DNA from: Neocallimastix sp. 'constans'
Taxonomy: Eukaryota
NCBI GenBank assembly: GCA_050613775.1
Contig: JBODTK010000001.1
Span: forward strand, 434,001-498,000
Length of the DNA stretch: 64,000 nt
Direction: 5' to 3'
Shown: positions 34,936-49,196 of the stretch, piece by piece
How the letters are laid out: each line of letters starts with the position of its first letter
How positions within the stretch are numbered: position 1 is the stretch's first letter
Made by a program: the position numbers and the translations under genes
Notes under the pieces: generated by a model
Told to the model about the DNA's origin: nothing
The model's input: only the letters and a program-made list of their open reading frames with translations
The model's database searches: none

Positions 34936-35658
34936 AGTACTTTATTATTATTATTTATTGTGGGAACCCTTCATTAATAATTTGAACAATATATTACGTT
35001 TTCAATGATCATCTGGTAGTTTTTAAATTATTTGGTTCAAAAGCCAAAAGCAATAACTCTACATAAATCTATCAATGAAATTAAATCCCTGTTGATTAAA
35101 ATTCTTCATCCTACTTATTAATATAAAGATTTTATGAAATCTAAATGTTTTTTTTTTTTTTTTTTTTTATTTTTTTATAAATTATTTTAATAAATAGAGA
35201 ATATAATTTTATTTATTAAATTATTTTAATGAATAATATATTATTAATGTATATGTGTATAAATATAAAAAAAAATATAATTAATAAATAAGAAAAAGGG
35301 AAAAAGTGATTTTTTAAAAATATTTAATAGGTTCAATAATGTCTATAGTTGGATATTTAGTTATTTATTATACGGCACAAACTTAATATTTAAATATTTC
35401 GAACTAATTAATAATTGGAATTAGATATTTTGATATATTTAATTGCTCTTAACTAAAATAAAATAACTATTCCACTTTATCATATAATTAGTTGCTATGA
35501 TAATAATTATAAAGATTATCTTTATTTAAATATGTACTTAAATATTGTATTGATTTTTTAAATGATCATGAAAGTGAAAAAGTTATTTTTTATTTAAAGA
35601 AGAAAAAAGAAAAAAAAGGATGATAAGGAAAAATATTTGGAGATGTAAGAGGTAAAAT

Positions 35659-35692
<34 letters not shown>

Positions 35693-36229
35693 AAAATCAA
35701 ATATATTAAATAAATGCTTTACTATAGATTTCCTATCTTTTTTTTCTGTTATTCGAAAAATTTTAATTGGTTTAATAAGCTTTATTAATTCTCATTAAAA
35801 GATACTATTCTTGATACTATAAGTAACCAAAATGAATTAGATATATTAAGTTTAATAATAAATTTAATGATTAATATCATTTTTTTTTTTTTGTATTTCT
35901 CTTAATAAAAAAAATTTTAAGGCTTTATAGAATAATTATAATATTATAATCAATAAATATCATATTTTATCATATTAATGATGAAGATAAAAATTAAAAA
36001 GATATTAATAATTATTATTTATAATATAATAATATATAAATATTATATTTTTACTTTGTGTTTACATTTTTTAGTTTAAATTTAAAATAGCGATTAGATT
36101 AGAATATTTAATTAAATTTAAAATAGTGATTAGATTAGAATGTTTAATTAAGTTTTTATTATGATAATTGGATAAAAAATAATTTCTTTCATTACTTTAT
36201 TTTATTCCATTTTCTTATATTTTTAATTT

Positions 36230-36272
<43 letters not shown>

Positions 36273-36387
36273 AATAATTTAAATTTTTAAATATTTTTAA
36301 TTCTAAATCTTTTTTATAATTTTTTTACTTTTGAACTTTTTATTATTATTATTTTAATATTTATAATTAATTAAATTCTATTTTAAA

Positions 36388-36424
<37 letters not shown>

Positions 36425-36879
36425 AAGATATAAAATACAAAAAATATTAAATATTATTAAATTATATTCCTCAAATTATTTAATATATTTATAATTGATT
36501 GTAATAATTTTATTGTATTAATTTCTAGTTAACACTATTTTATTTTATTTTAAATAAATAAAAAGATAAAAGTATCAAAAAAAAAAAAAAACGATCAAAT
36601 CAAATTTTTTATAATAATTATTTAATTGATAATTAAAGAAAAGAAAGGCAAAAAAAAAAAAAAAATTTATATATATATATAAATATATAAAACTAATATA
36701 TATAAAATAAAATTATTTTTTATTTTTTATTTATTTTTTTTTTTTTTATTTTTTTTAATTTTTTCTTTTTTTGATTTAATTTAAATTTATTTTAAATTTT
36801 AATTTATTTTAAATAACTAAATTTATTAAAAATAAAAATTAAAAATAATATTTTTTTTTTGTCTTTTTTTTTTTTTTGT

Positions 36880-36920
<41 letters not shown>

Positions 36921-37101
36921 TTAATTTTTATTTTTATTGCCTAATTTCTTTATTTAATATTAAACATATTTTATTTTTATCTACTTAATTTCAGTTGAAA
37001 TTAAGAAACTAGAAATTAAAATTTAAAATCTAGAAATTATATTTGTATAGAATAAAAATTCATATTTAAATTAATAAATAAATAATATAATAAAAAAAAA
37101 A

Positions 37102-37299
37102 ATGTCATATCAAAATACTGATACTAGTTCTATTGAAATTTTAACTACCGAAAACATTATTGAAGAAGGCAATGGAGAACAGAATATTAGAATTAATAGG
37201 TAAACGAAAATTTTTATTTAATTTTATATTATTTTTATTCTTTTTTTTATTTTTTTTTTATTATTTTTTTTTATCTATATATATAAATTAAAAAGAATA

Positions 37300-37346
<47 letters not shown>

Positions 37347-37919
37347 ATATATAAGTATATTTATTCTAATAAATTACTTTTTAAAATAACTTAATAATTA
37401 TATAATATCATTTTATCCATATATATATATAATTTAAATATTCGATATCTTAAAAAAAATGTTTTCCTCAATTTTTTATCTTATATAAATCTAATTATTT
37501 ATAATAATGATAATTTAATAATTTTTTTTTTTTAAAAATAATATTTATTAATATAAATATAAGATATGAAACTGCTGTACCTATGAGAATTGATATTGAA
37601 GCTGCCTGTACCTATGTTATTGGTGGTGTATCAGGTAATAAACAAATAAGCAAATAAATAAACAAATAAATAAATGAATAAACAAGTAAAGAAAAAAAAA
37701 AAAAAAGTAAAGGATAAACAAAAAATTTTATTAACAACTAATTATTTTGATAAATAATAAATTAATAATAACTTTTCTAATTCATATATATAATCACATA
37801 ATTATATATAATATATATATATATTTTTTTTCATATTCTATTATAATCTAATTATAAAAATTTATTATATATATTTTCATATTCATATTCATATAAATTA
37901 ATATATAAATATATTCTAT

Positions 37920-37967
<48 letters not shown>

Positions 37968-38897
37968 ATATTATCGAAATCCTCAAAATCTAATTCAAAA
38001 TCTAAATTCAAAATCCAAATTCAAAATTCAAAATTTGAAATTCAAAATCCAAATTCAAAATTCAAAATTCAAAATAATAAATATATATATATTATATATT
38101 TTAAATTTTCATATTCATTCATAATCATAAACTATTTAAAAAAATTTATTATAAATATTTTTATATTTATATTTCAATAAATTTATATATAATTATATTA
38201 TATATATATAAATCAAAATTAAATTCGATATCCAAATTCAAAATTCAAAATCTGAAATAATAAATAAAATAACAATTACAACATCAACAAAATAATAATA
38301 CTAATCAAATGAATAAATATAAATATTATATATTTCAATAATACTAATAAAATGAATAAATATATATATTATATATTTAAATAATAATAATAAAATAAAT
38401 ATATATTATATATTTAAATAATAATAATAAAATAAATATATATATAAAAAATATATATATATTTAAACAAAAATAAATAATAATAATAAAAACAGGTATT
38501 TTCTTTTTAATCTTAGAAACAAAAAATGACTATGTTCGTTTCCATGCCTGGCAATCATCTGTTCTTTTCTGTGTGTTAATGGTATATATATAAAAATTTT
38601 CAAAATTTAATTTTTTAAAAAACTTCTTAATTTTGAATATTCTGTATATAAATATTTATTCACTTTTATATATAAAAATTATATTATCCAATTTAAAAAA
38701 AATAAAAAAAAAATAATTATGAAAAAAATTTTTTTTATTGATTATTATCATTATTATTATTATTATTAATAAAATAATAATATATATATATATATCATTT
38801 AGGTTATAAATTTCATATTCCTTAAAACTTTCTTGATTCATTTATTAATTCCTAGTGAAGTTGGAATTATGTGTTTCCTCGCGTAATTAATAATAAA

Positions 38898-38937
<40 letters not shown>

Positions 38938-39428
38938 AATAAATAAATAATAAATTTTAGTTTTATATAATATTTAACTGAAAATTCATCTCAAATATTA
39001 AATATATTAAAATATTTTAATTATATATATATATATATATACTATAATATTATATCTCTATATAACATATTTTTATACAATAATTAATATTATACTTCTA
39101 TAATATTTGTACTAAATTTATATTGTATAACATTATTCCTCTCTATAATAATATATTATAATCTTTTTATACCTAAAATTTTTAATATTTTTTACGATTT
39201 ATCTAATCCATAAAAAAAAAATAACAATAATTAATAATTATAATTAATAATTTTAATAATAATTAATAATTATAATAATAATTAATAATTATAATAATAA
39301 TTAATAATGATGATGATAATGATAATGATAATGATAAAAAGTTACCAAGCCTATATTAATGCAGATTCTTTATTCCGATATGAAATTCCAATTATTGGAA
39401 GTATTGCCTCCGATTGGGTTGATTCTGA

Positions 39429-39432
<4 letters not shown>
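37102..39432 (+). CDS. UPF0132-type small membrane protein, 5 exons, 141 aa
   Basis: Exons 37102-37199, 37564-37634, 38496-38581, 38803-38882, 39342-39432 join in frame via GT-AG; YETAVPMRIDIEAACTY, ETKNDYVRFHAWQS, RYEIPIIGSIASDWVDSE. Confidence 0.88.
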
Positions 39433-39473
<41 letters not shown>

Positions 39474-39501
39474 TATAAAGAATAATATCAAAAACAAAAA
39501 T

Positions 39502-39548
<47 letters not shown>

Positions 39549-39689
39549 TATATTTATTAAATTTAATTTATTTTTAATAATAATAATAATAATAATAATT
39601 TATAGTAAATATTTAAAAAAATAGAGTAGAAATAATAATAATAATACTAATAATTATTTCAAATCAATAAAATAAAAATAAAATAAAAA

Positions 39690-39722
<33 letters not shown>

Positions 39723-39772
39723 TATTATTTAATAATAAATATATTATTATAAAAATTTTCTTTATTAATTTC

Positions 39773-39811
<39 letters not shown>

Positions 39812-39974
39812 CATACTATTAGTATTTTTTATTATTTAATTCTTTACTTATTTTTCATTTTTCATTTGTATTTTCAATTTTATTATTCCAATAAATAATT
39901 TCAATTTAAGGTATTTTTAAATATTATACCTCTATATATATATATGATTATTATTGTTGTTGTTATTATTATTT

Positions 39975-40213
39975 TACTGAAAGTGTCACCCTCTTGGCAG
40001 AAATACAGTATATGAAATATTAAAGATCGATTTCGGAGGAAGGAAGAGCGTCGACCTTTAAACAATAAGACAAAAAAAAGCTATTCTGATACAGATTCGA
40101 TGATGATCACTCCATGTGAATAAAAATTATGATAATTTTTATCCACATGGAGGTAATCATCGATGAATTGGAAGGGTTAGAGGCCTTTTCGTCCTTCGAA
40201 ATTCATAATGTAG
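39975..40213. ncRNA. Candidate structured ncRNA, unassigned
   Basis: Isolated GC-rich island without a useful ORF; nested helices 40030-40040/40192-40202 and 40053-40057/40181-40185; long hairpin 40097-40163. Confidence 0.55.
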
Positions 40214-41679
40214 TTTTTTTTTTTTTTTTTTTTTTACTATTAATATAAAAATTTTCATATATTTTTCTTTTCATGTATTTTGTTTTTAATATATATTATT
40301 TAATAAAGTTTATTATTGTTTAAAAATAAAATAAAATAAAATAAAATAAAATAAAAAAAAAAAAATAAAATAAAAAAAAAAAATAAAAATAAAAAAAATA
40401 AAAATAAAAAAAAAAAAAATAATAACAAAAGAAAGAAATTGTATATTGTATAACCACTATCATCCATTTTTATATATATATATATATATATTGTTAAAAA
40501 CTATAAAAAAAAACATATATATATATATGTTTATTTATATATTGTATATTTAAGATAAATAATTTTAAAAATGAAATAAAATAAATGATAATGATAAAAG
40601 TTAATAAAACAATAATCCCATTAATATAATTTCAGGTATTATTGATTAATTATAATTATATAAAATAATGTATTGAGGTTTTTTTATTATTTGTTTTATT
40701 ATTAACACCATTTTTAATAAAAATATTTATTTATTTATTTTTATTTATATTTCATATCTACATTTCATTATTTGTTTTATTTATATTTCATATCTACATT
40801 TCATTATTTGTTTTATTTATATTTCATATATACTATTTTTTATTTATTTCATTATATTAATATTTTAGTTATTTATATTATTCAATTATACTTTTTATTT
40901 TTCTTTATTTTAAATTAATATTTACATTTTATAATTATTTCAATGGAATAATAATATTTCTAAATATAAATTTGAGAACAAATTTATTATTTCTGAATAA
41001 TTTGGTTTTTGTAATCTTGAAATATGTAATACTCTTTAATTTTCTATATTTCCTGAGGAGAAATTTGTATAGGAAAAGATATAAATAATAAATTTAAATA
41101 TATTTTGTATAAGAAAATTTATTTAAACATGGAATACTTTTAAATTTTCTACATTTCTAGAGGAGAAATCTGTATAAGAAAAAAAAAATTAAATAATAAA
41201 TTTAAATATAAATTTTCTTTATACAAAATATATTTAAAGTAAAGCTGAAAAGAATTTAATTTATCATATATATATAATATTACATAAATAACATAAAACT
41301 TTGGTGATTATTTTCTATAAAATTTATTTACTAATATTTATTACTCTATATTCTTATATATTTATATTTATTTTATTATTATAAGAAATATTTTTTAAAT
41401 GTTATTTATTTTTTATGTTCATTAAATAAAATATAATATTCATTTTATATATAAAAAAAAAAAAAATAAATTTAACACTTGAGTCCATTGGTACAAATAA
41501 TAAAATTTGCGAATAAATATATATAATATAATAAATTATAAAATTGAATGATAATATTTTAAATTAAATGATGAGGTTCGGCTTTAACTAAATAAATTTT
41601 TTACAATAGCTAAAGCGATATTTTAAAAATAAAAAAAAAAAAATTTAAAAAGAAATCATATTTTTATTGCAGATTGTCC

Positions 41680-41976
41680 TTAGACTCTAAGTAGGAATTC
41701 ATGATATTAAAACTATATGATATTGAGAGTGTGTTTGTTACGGTATCACAATAAATGTCTTTTGTACTTAATGAATGACATACAGTACAATATTTTATTT
41801 CCAAACGGTCTGTATTATTTTTAAACAAGTCTGGTAGTTTGGCCTCAGCATCATGAGCTAATTAAATACCATCTTTTTCTATTTCTTCAATACGTAATCA
41901 ATCATTGCATGATTTACCTATAGTTGGCTGTTTATCTTTTTATCTATAGCATTAACATTTTCTAGAATATAATAAA

Positions 41977-42010
<34 letters not shown>

Positions 42011-42400
42011 CAACTTCTAACTACAATGTTGTATAATAACAAATTCTAACAAAAACTTTTTCTATGAATTTACCGGTTATTGAATCTACTAATTTTTTCA
42101 TAATCGGAACTGCCATTAAAATTTTTGATATCATTACTCTCATTGAACGCATCAAAACATGTTCGATAACGTTGATTTTGACCTCCATACATTTCCCCAT
42201 AAATATTTCAATTAAATGACCTAATGTCATACGAGAAGGAAAAGGCGTGAGAATAAACAATAATATACGGAATAATTCAAAACTCTGTAGATGAGATATT
42301 AATTCCTCTGGTATAATAGCTAAAATTATATCCATTCTGTGCATATCTATTTGAAAAAATTTTATATAAATGACCATATTCAACACAACAGTAATAAATA
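41680..42400 (-). pseudogene. Decayed RNA polymerase second-largest subunit (beta/RPB2-like), C-terminal part
   Basis: KIFSNRYAQNG, AIIPEE, IIPYIIVYSHAFPSRMTLGHLIEIFMGK, DSITGKFIEKVFVRICYY, KQPTIGKSCND*LRIEEIEKD, LAHDA, YCTVCH, ISYSFNIM in collinear order. Confidence 0.85.
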
Positions 42401-42980
42401 TCATTCTCAACAAAGGTAGTACAATAATCCAAATAAATTGGCCTTCTAAATATATTTTTGATACTTTTTGACTTCATTTTTTAATAAATTTATATTTACA
42501 GAAAAGTGGTTCAATTACTTCAATACGAATTTCTAAAGCAATCAGTGTAACTGGTTAAGATAGTATATTTTCGTAATTTGAATTGATTATCAATCAATTA
42601 TTTTTTCAAATAATAAATTACTATTATTTGAAATTTAAAAAGTCTTTTCTATTATTAATTATATGAATTTTAATTCGTATCATTGATATATTTAAATATG
42701 TTATTTCAATATTAAATTAATTATTTTAATAAAGTAAATGTATAATTTAAAAAGTATTTTCTCTTATGATTATATAATTTTAAAAAAAAAAAAAAAATTT
42801 CTTTATTATTATATATTTTACTTTTTTATTATATTATGTTATAATTTCAAATATTTTAAATTTCAATAAATTTTAAAAAAATTTCAAAAAATTTCAATAA
42901 ATTTCAATAAATTTTAAAAAAAAAAAAAAAAAAAAAAAACCTGACATTTAGGAAGAATACCACTTCATCATTCAATTATA

Positions 42981-43028
<48 letters not shown>

Positions 43029-43059
43029 TTTTTTTTCCCCATCATTTCAAAGGTTATTA

Positions 43060-44961
43060 TTATTCCTTTTTTTGCCTCTTTTTAAAAATTGCTTCATGTT
43101 CAATTAAATATTTCGCTAAATTTTCATGGTCATTTTCAAGTGCTATAGTTAATTCATCATTTATATATTCATTATTTATTTTTGTTCCATATTCAATTAA
43201 ATATTTCATTAAATTTTCATTTTTTCCATAAACAAGAGATAATGGTGTTTCGTCGTCGTCGTTTTTTATATTTATATCGGCTCCATTTTCAATTAAATAT
43301 TTTACTAAATCTTCATTGATGTTTTTACACGCTTTAAGTAATTCTTCATTTATATCTATATTTGTGTCATATTCAATGATATATTTCATTAATTTTTCAT
43401 TTCCCCAGGAATATACTGAAGATAATACCGTTTCACCTTCTTCATCTTCTCTATTTAAGTCAGCTCCTTGTTCAATTAAATATTTTATTAAATTTTCATT
43501 TCTACTCAAGCATGCACTAAATATTGGTGTTTCCCATCGCTCATTTTCTTTATTTATATCAGCTCCATTTTCAATTAAATATTTTACTATATTTTCATTT
43601 CCACTTTCACATGCATCAAATAATGATGTTTGACCATAATCGTTTTCTTTATTTATATCAGCTCCTTTTTCTTCAATTAAATATTTTACTAAATCTTCAT
43701 TTTTACCTGAACAGGCATAAAATAAAGGTGTTTCACCACTAATACATTCTTTATTTATATCTGCTCCAAGTCCTATTAAATATTTTACTAAATTTTCATT
43801 TCCACTCAAACATGCATTAAATATTGGAGTAATACCTTTATTACTTACTTTATTTATATCAGCTCCTTTTTGTTCAATTAAATATTTTACTAAATTTTCA
43901 TTTCCACTTGAGCATGCATTAAATAATGGTGTAGTACCAGGAAATTTATTTACTTTATTTACATCTGCTCCTTTTTCTACTAAATACTTTACTAGAATTT
44001 CGTTTCCAGTTGAACATGCATTAAATAATGGCGTAATACCTGCATTATTTTCTTTATTTATATCAGATTGTTTTTGTTCAATTAAATATTTAACTAAAAT
44101 TTCATTTCCACTAGAACAGGCATTAAATAATGGGGTTGCACCATATTTACTTTCTTTATTTATATCAGATTGTTTTTGTTCAATTAAATATTTTACTAAA
44201 TTTTCTTTTCCACTATGACAGGCATTAAATAATGGCGTTTCACCATAGTCGTTTTCTTTATTCATATCTACTCCTTTTTGTTCAATTAAATATTTTACTA
44301 AATTTTCATTTCCACTTGAACAGGCATTAAATAACGGGGTTTCACCCTTACTTCTATTTTCCTTATTTATATCTGCTCCCTTTTTTTCAATTAAATATTT
44401 TACTAAATTTTCATTTCCACTTGAACAGGCATAAAAGAAAGGTGTTTCACCGTTAATACCTTCTTTATTTATATCTGCTCCATGTTCAATTAAATATTTT
44501 ACTAAGCCTATTTTTCCACTTTTACAAGCATTAATTAAATAAACACAACTAACACAATTTGCGTGTTCATAATAAAAAATATTTTCTGAATCTTTTTCTG
44601 TTGATATACTGTAATTATTAATTAATTTATTTAATTCTACAGTTGATTTTGGAATATTATTTTTATAAATTAAAATTAATTTTATTATACAGTCGGTATC
44701 AAAAAATTTAAAATTATTAAAAATAATATCTAACAATCTCAATTTATTATCTTTTAATAATTGTTTCAAGAGAGAAGAAGTAACTTTAAAAATATTATCA
44801 TTTTTAACTATAAATTGTAAACGTTCAGTTGTCAATAAACCCTTTTTATATATTTCATAAACAATATCGTTAACACTTTCATTATTTTGTATAAGTTTTA
44901 TTTCATCAACATTTCCATTATCAATTGCTTTTATATATGAATTTATTTCAAAAGTATTCAT
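43060..44961 (-). CDS. Ankyrin-repeat protein (633 aa)
   Basis: Tandem GETPLFNACSSGNENLVKYLIEQKGADINKE repeats; intronless. Confidence 0.95.
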   Translation of the reverse strand: MNTFEINSYIKAIDNGNVDEIKLIQNNESVNDIVYEIYKKGLLTTERLQFIVKNDNIFKVTSSLLKQLLKDNKLRLLDIIFNNFKFFDTDCIIKLILIYKNNIPKSTVELNKLINNYSISTEKDSENIFYYEHANCVSCVYLINACKSGKIGLVKYLIEHGADINKEGINGETPFFYACSSGNENLVKYLIEKKGADINKENRSKGETPLFNACSSGNENLVKYLIEQKGVDMNKENDYGETPLFNACHSGKENLVKYLIEQKQSDINKESKYGATPLFNACSSGNEILVKYLIEQKQSDINKENNAGITPLFNACSTGNEILVKYLVEKGADVNKVNKFPGTTPLFNACSSGNENLVKYLIEQKGADINKVSNKGITPIFNACLSGNENLVKYLIGLGADINKECISGETPLFYACSGKNEDLVKYLIEEKGADINKENDYGQTSLFDACESGNENIVKYLIENGADINKENERWETPIFSACLSRNENLIKYLIEQGADLNREDEEGETVLSSVYSWGNEKLMKYIIEYDTNIDINEELLKACKNINEDLVKYLIENGADINIKNDDDETPLSLVYGKNENLMKYLIEYGTKINNEYINDELTIALENDHENLAKYLIEHEAIFKKRQKKE

Positions 44962-45055
44962 TCAAAGAACAAATTATTTTATAATTTATTATTATTATTA
45001 CTATTATTATTATTGATGTTTTTATGAATACATATATATATATATATATTTTTAT

Positions 45056-45128
<73 letters not shown>

Positions 45129-45539
45129 TTTTAAACGCAGCAAATACTTCTATAGCCTTTCTGGAATCTAAATTATAACATATTATATATTATGTATTAC
45201 ATATCATATATAATAAATAAATAGATAGATAGATAGAAGATAGATAGATAAAATTGTTAACTTTTATTTTAATATAATTTTATTAGTTCATTGCCTAATT
45301 TTTTTTAACTAAATTGGAATTATTCCATAATAATGAAAATAATATTTTAATAATAAAAAAAAGAATAAAATTAAATATTTAAAAATTTTTATAAAATATA
45401 TTTTTCTTGAACAAGCCACAATTATAAATATAATTATATAATTTTTTCTGTACTTGGTTAATCATTTATTTATATTCCATAAATAATAAATTTATGTTAA
45501 TAAATAATCTTTTATAGAATAAGAGTTTCATTCGAAAAT

Positions 45540-46050
45540 GACTGATAGCGCTGAATGTCAATGTTAAAGATTCTAATTGGAAAAAGTTGTTACTTATTAA
45601 CATTTTGAAAGGCTAAATACCTTTCTGATTACATGCCACTTCTAATGCTTTTAATGAAGCCGATAGAAATGATGATAAACTTTGGAGAAATTGAAAAAAT
45701 AATAATAATAATAATAATAATTCAAAGGTTGTGTCTATCATTATCAAATTTGTTGATGAATCAATTTATAAAGATATTGAAGATTTAAATTCTTCTTATG
45801 ATATAAACAAGAAATTGGAAGAAATAAACCAAGAAATGGATGTTCTTATTGTTGAAAAATTAGTCAACCAATTGAAAACTATGAAGCCACGTAACGATAT
45901 AGAAGATTTAAAGTATCTATCTGATATGTTAAACATTTTTAAACAAACTTAAAAATACCAATTATGATATAAGTGAAAACGATAAGATCCAGTATAGGTT
46001 TAAAGCATTACTAAAAGAATTTCAAATTGTTTTCCTGCAAGAACCTAGTT
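45540..46050 (+). pseudogene. Second degenerate copia-type gag relic
   Basis: SIIIKFVDESIYKDIEDLNSSYDI...LKTMKPRNDIEDLKYLSDMLNIFKQ...ENDKIQY.FKAL parallels the 19.7-kb relic. Confidence 0.5.
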
Positions 46051-47330
46051 AAATAACTGAAAATTTTTATGATTTTATCAAATGATATATTTATGCAAGA
46101 ACCTAGTTAAATAACTGAAAATTTTTATGATTTTATCAAATGATATATATTTATTAGATACATGAATATTTATAAATAATTAATGCAACTTTAATAAAAA
46201 TAAAATTAAAATCATCTTTATAATTATAATTTATTATTATAGTTTTATTAATATTATCTATATTTATATTATTTATTTCTTTTAATTATTTTTTCCTAAC
46301 CACCACTTATTATAATACGTCATATTATGAAATGCAATGCTTTCAAACAACAAAATAAAAAAAAAAAAAAAATAATAATTATACTATTGATTATTGATAA
46401 CATATCAATATATAATTTTCATAGCAATATAAAAGCAATAGAATTTAAAACTATTTTGAAATTAATATTTTTCAAACGACCTTTAAATTTACTCAGTTGG
46501 TTTTAAAATAATAATAAATTAACTTATTTAGATATATTTCTTTTTTTATTTTTTATTTTGTTTTATTTTAAGAAAAAAAAAAAAATCTATTAATTATATT
46601 TTTATTCTTTAAATATATATATATATATTTAATTCTATCAATAACCAAATGATTTGTGATTAAAAATACATTTTAAATATTTATGATTATTATATAAATA
46701 TATATTTTTATTTATTCTTTATATAAATAAAAAATATTTATTATTATTTATTTAGTATTATATAAATAAAAAGGGTAAATTTTGGATTATTAAAAATGAA
46801 ATAAAAAAAAAAAGATAAAAAATAAAAAGATAAAAAATATAGCATAAATTGAAATATATATTATATTATAATTATTATTTATCATTTTTTATAAAATATT
46901 AAAGTCTTTAGAAATAATTTTTTATAATATAAAATTCTTTGATACATTTTTTTTTTTTTTTTTTTTTAAGATTTTTTATAAACAATTTAAAAGTTGAACG
47001 TTTTTGGTTGTTGTTGATTTGGTAGGGTTTGCTTTCATTTGATTAATTATTCTATTTTGTTAATATTAATATTATTAATATATTAATAATAAAAATATAA
47101 AGATAAATGAAATAAAAATAAAAATAAAATAAAAATTAAAATCAACATAAAAAATAAAAATAAAAATAAAAATAAAAATAAAAATAAAAAAAAAAAAAAT
47201 TTTTTTTTATTTATTTTATTTTTATTTTTTTATTTTTTTTATTTTCTTTTTTCTATATTTTATTTTTTTTTTAAATATATATATATATATTTCATTTTTT
47301 TTTTTCTATTCATTTTCATTTATTTTTATT

Positions 47331-48851
47331 TTATTTCTTATGCTTCGTTTTTTTAGGAGCAGCATCGGTCGAAGAACCCACATCACTACCTGCATAAAGC
47401 ATTTGATTATTAACGATACCACCATTCATCATGGCTTGACCATAGAGTTGTTGATATTGCATCATATCAACCGATGGCATACCTCCCATGACACCAGCAT
47501 TTCCCATATAATATTGATTCATAAGAGCTTGATTTTGAAGTTGCTGTGCTTGAAGTTGTTGAGCAGCCAACATTTGTTGATAATAGATAGCATTCATTGG
47601 ATCTGTCGGTACAGCTTGACCGAAATAATTAGAAGAAACGGTACTACTGGCACCACCACCACCAAAGTAGTTCGAATAGATACCACTATCAGCAGCACTC
47701 ATACCAAATCCTGTACCTGCTGCTAATAAACCTTGATGAGAATTGGTATCTGAATATTCTGAATTGACAATAGATTTTGGTTTTTTTGGTTTAACGGCAG
47801 CACCTGCTAAATTAGTATTGGATTTTTTATTTTTACGAAGTTTTTGTGTCTCCAGTGTTGCTTGACTACTCTTATTATTTAATACAGGAGTTGTAGCAGT
47901 ACCTGCTGTACCTAAGAGATTTAAATTATTAGCAATGGTAGAATTAGAAGAACTAGAAATGGAAGTTATCGCTCCACTGCCATTACCATCACCTGTATTA
48001 AGATAGGATTTTAACATATCTCCCTTATAATCGGAAGTAGAATCGGGTATAAGACGTTCTGAAGAAACTCCATTATATTTGGTATCTAATTCTTTTTCAT
48101 TATTTTTAAGAACCATTTTATTTCTTTTTCTTTCCTCTTCTTCGCGATAACTTTTACGACCAATGGAGAGACCCCAAAGAATAACAACAAGGAAAACAAC
48201 AGGAACAGTGCATACTGTAATGAAACCCCAAAGGGGTAAACCAATAATTTCTATGGGTTCATCTTTTTTTTCTTCATCATCATAATCTAAATCGAGAGTA
48301 GAAGTAGAATTGGTATTTTTATTACTGGGTTTTTTATTTGAATTAGCATTAGTGGTTGAATTGGTATTTTTATTATTGATTTTATCATTCGAATTAGCAT
48401 TCCCTGCAGTACCTGCAGTACCTACTTTACCGTTAGCATTATTTGAATTATTTTCTCCTGTACTTGCAGTACAAACATTATTTGAACAAATTAAACCTTC
48501 ATTACAATGACTATCTTCAAGACAAGTTCCACCCTCTGAATGAATGGTGAAGCATTGTTTTTGAGAATTTTTATTAGTAATCCAAGGGGGAACATAACAA
48601 AATTTAAGAGCTTCATTAAAACCTTGACAAGAAGCATCAGTAGTACAATATGCTTCTGCCTCTAAATAGCATACATAATCCTTTTGACCATCCCACCTTA
48701 TACAAACATGAGAATCTACTTCAGTATTAAATTTTGCACAATCTAAATTTGAGGTACATTGATTATCTGCTCTAACATTTGATATATATTCTATTGAAGA
48801 TAATAATAAAATATATTTTAAAATATTCCAACATGTTTTATCTGTTATCAT
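47331..48851 (-). CDS. Type I membrane protein with Cys-rich ectodomain and low-complexity cytoplasmic tail
   Basis: 506-aa ORF: signal peptide, C..D..C repeats, TM segment LPLWGFITVCTVPVVFLVVILWGLSI, Q/M/G-rich tail. Confidence 0.85.
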   Translation of the reverse strand: MITDKTCWNILKYILLLSSIEYISNVRADNQCTSNLDCAKFNTEVDSHVCIRWDGQKDYVCYLEAEAYCTTDASCQGFNEALKFCYVPPWITNKNSQKQCFTIHSEGGTCLEDSHCNEGLICSNNVCTASTGENNSNNANGKVGTAGTAGNANSNDKINNKNTNSTTNANSNKKPSNKNTNSTSTLDLDYDDEEKKDEPIEIIGLPLWGFITVCTVPVVFLVVILWGLSIGRKSYREEEERKRNKMVLKNNEKELDTKYNGVSSERLIPDSTSDYKGDMLKSYLNTGDGNGSGAITSISSSSNSTIANNLNLLGTAGTATTPVLNNKSSQATLETQKLRKNKKSNTNLAGAAVKPKKPKSIVNSEYSDTNSHQGLLAAGTGFGMSAADSGIYSNYFGGGGASSTVSSNYFGQAVPTDPMNAIYYQQMLAAQQLQAQQLQNQALMNQYYMGNAGVMGGMPSVDMMQYQQLYGQAMMNGGIVNNQMLYAGSDVGSSTDAAPKKTKHKK

Positions 48852-49159
48852 TTTTGTTTATTTTTTAATTAATTTAATATTATTTATTTTTTATATTAAT
48901 TTAATGTTTTATATAGGTTTAAAAATTTATTTGTTCTTGTCCTATATATAAAGGACAGTGAATAAGTTTTTATTTTTTTTTTTTTTATTTTTAATAAAGG
49001 TATCTTATATATATATATTTGTTTAATTTATGTTTTATTTGTAATAATAATTATTTTTTTCTACTTTTTTGTTAAATAAATTATTTATTTAAAAATGTAA
49101 AATTTCTTATTTCTTTTTTATTTTTTAATTTCTTATTAGATATTAATAATTAATATTGA

Positions 49160-49196
<37 letters not shown>

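Noticed and set aside
40087..40097. U6-like GATACAGA
   Set aside because: Flanks do not match U6; no ACAGAGAAGATTAGC.
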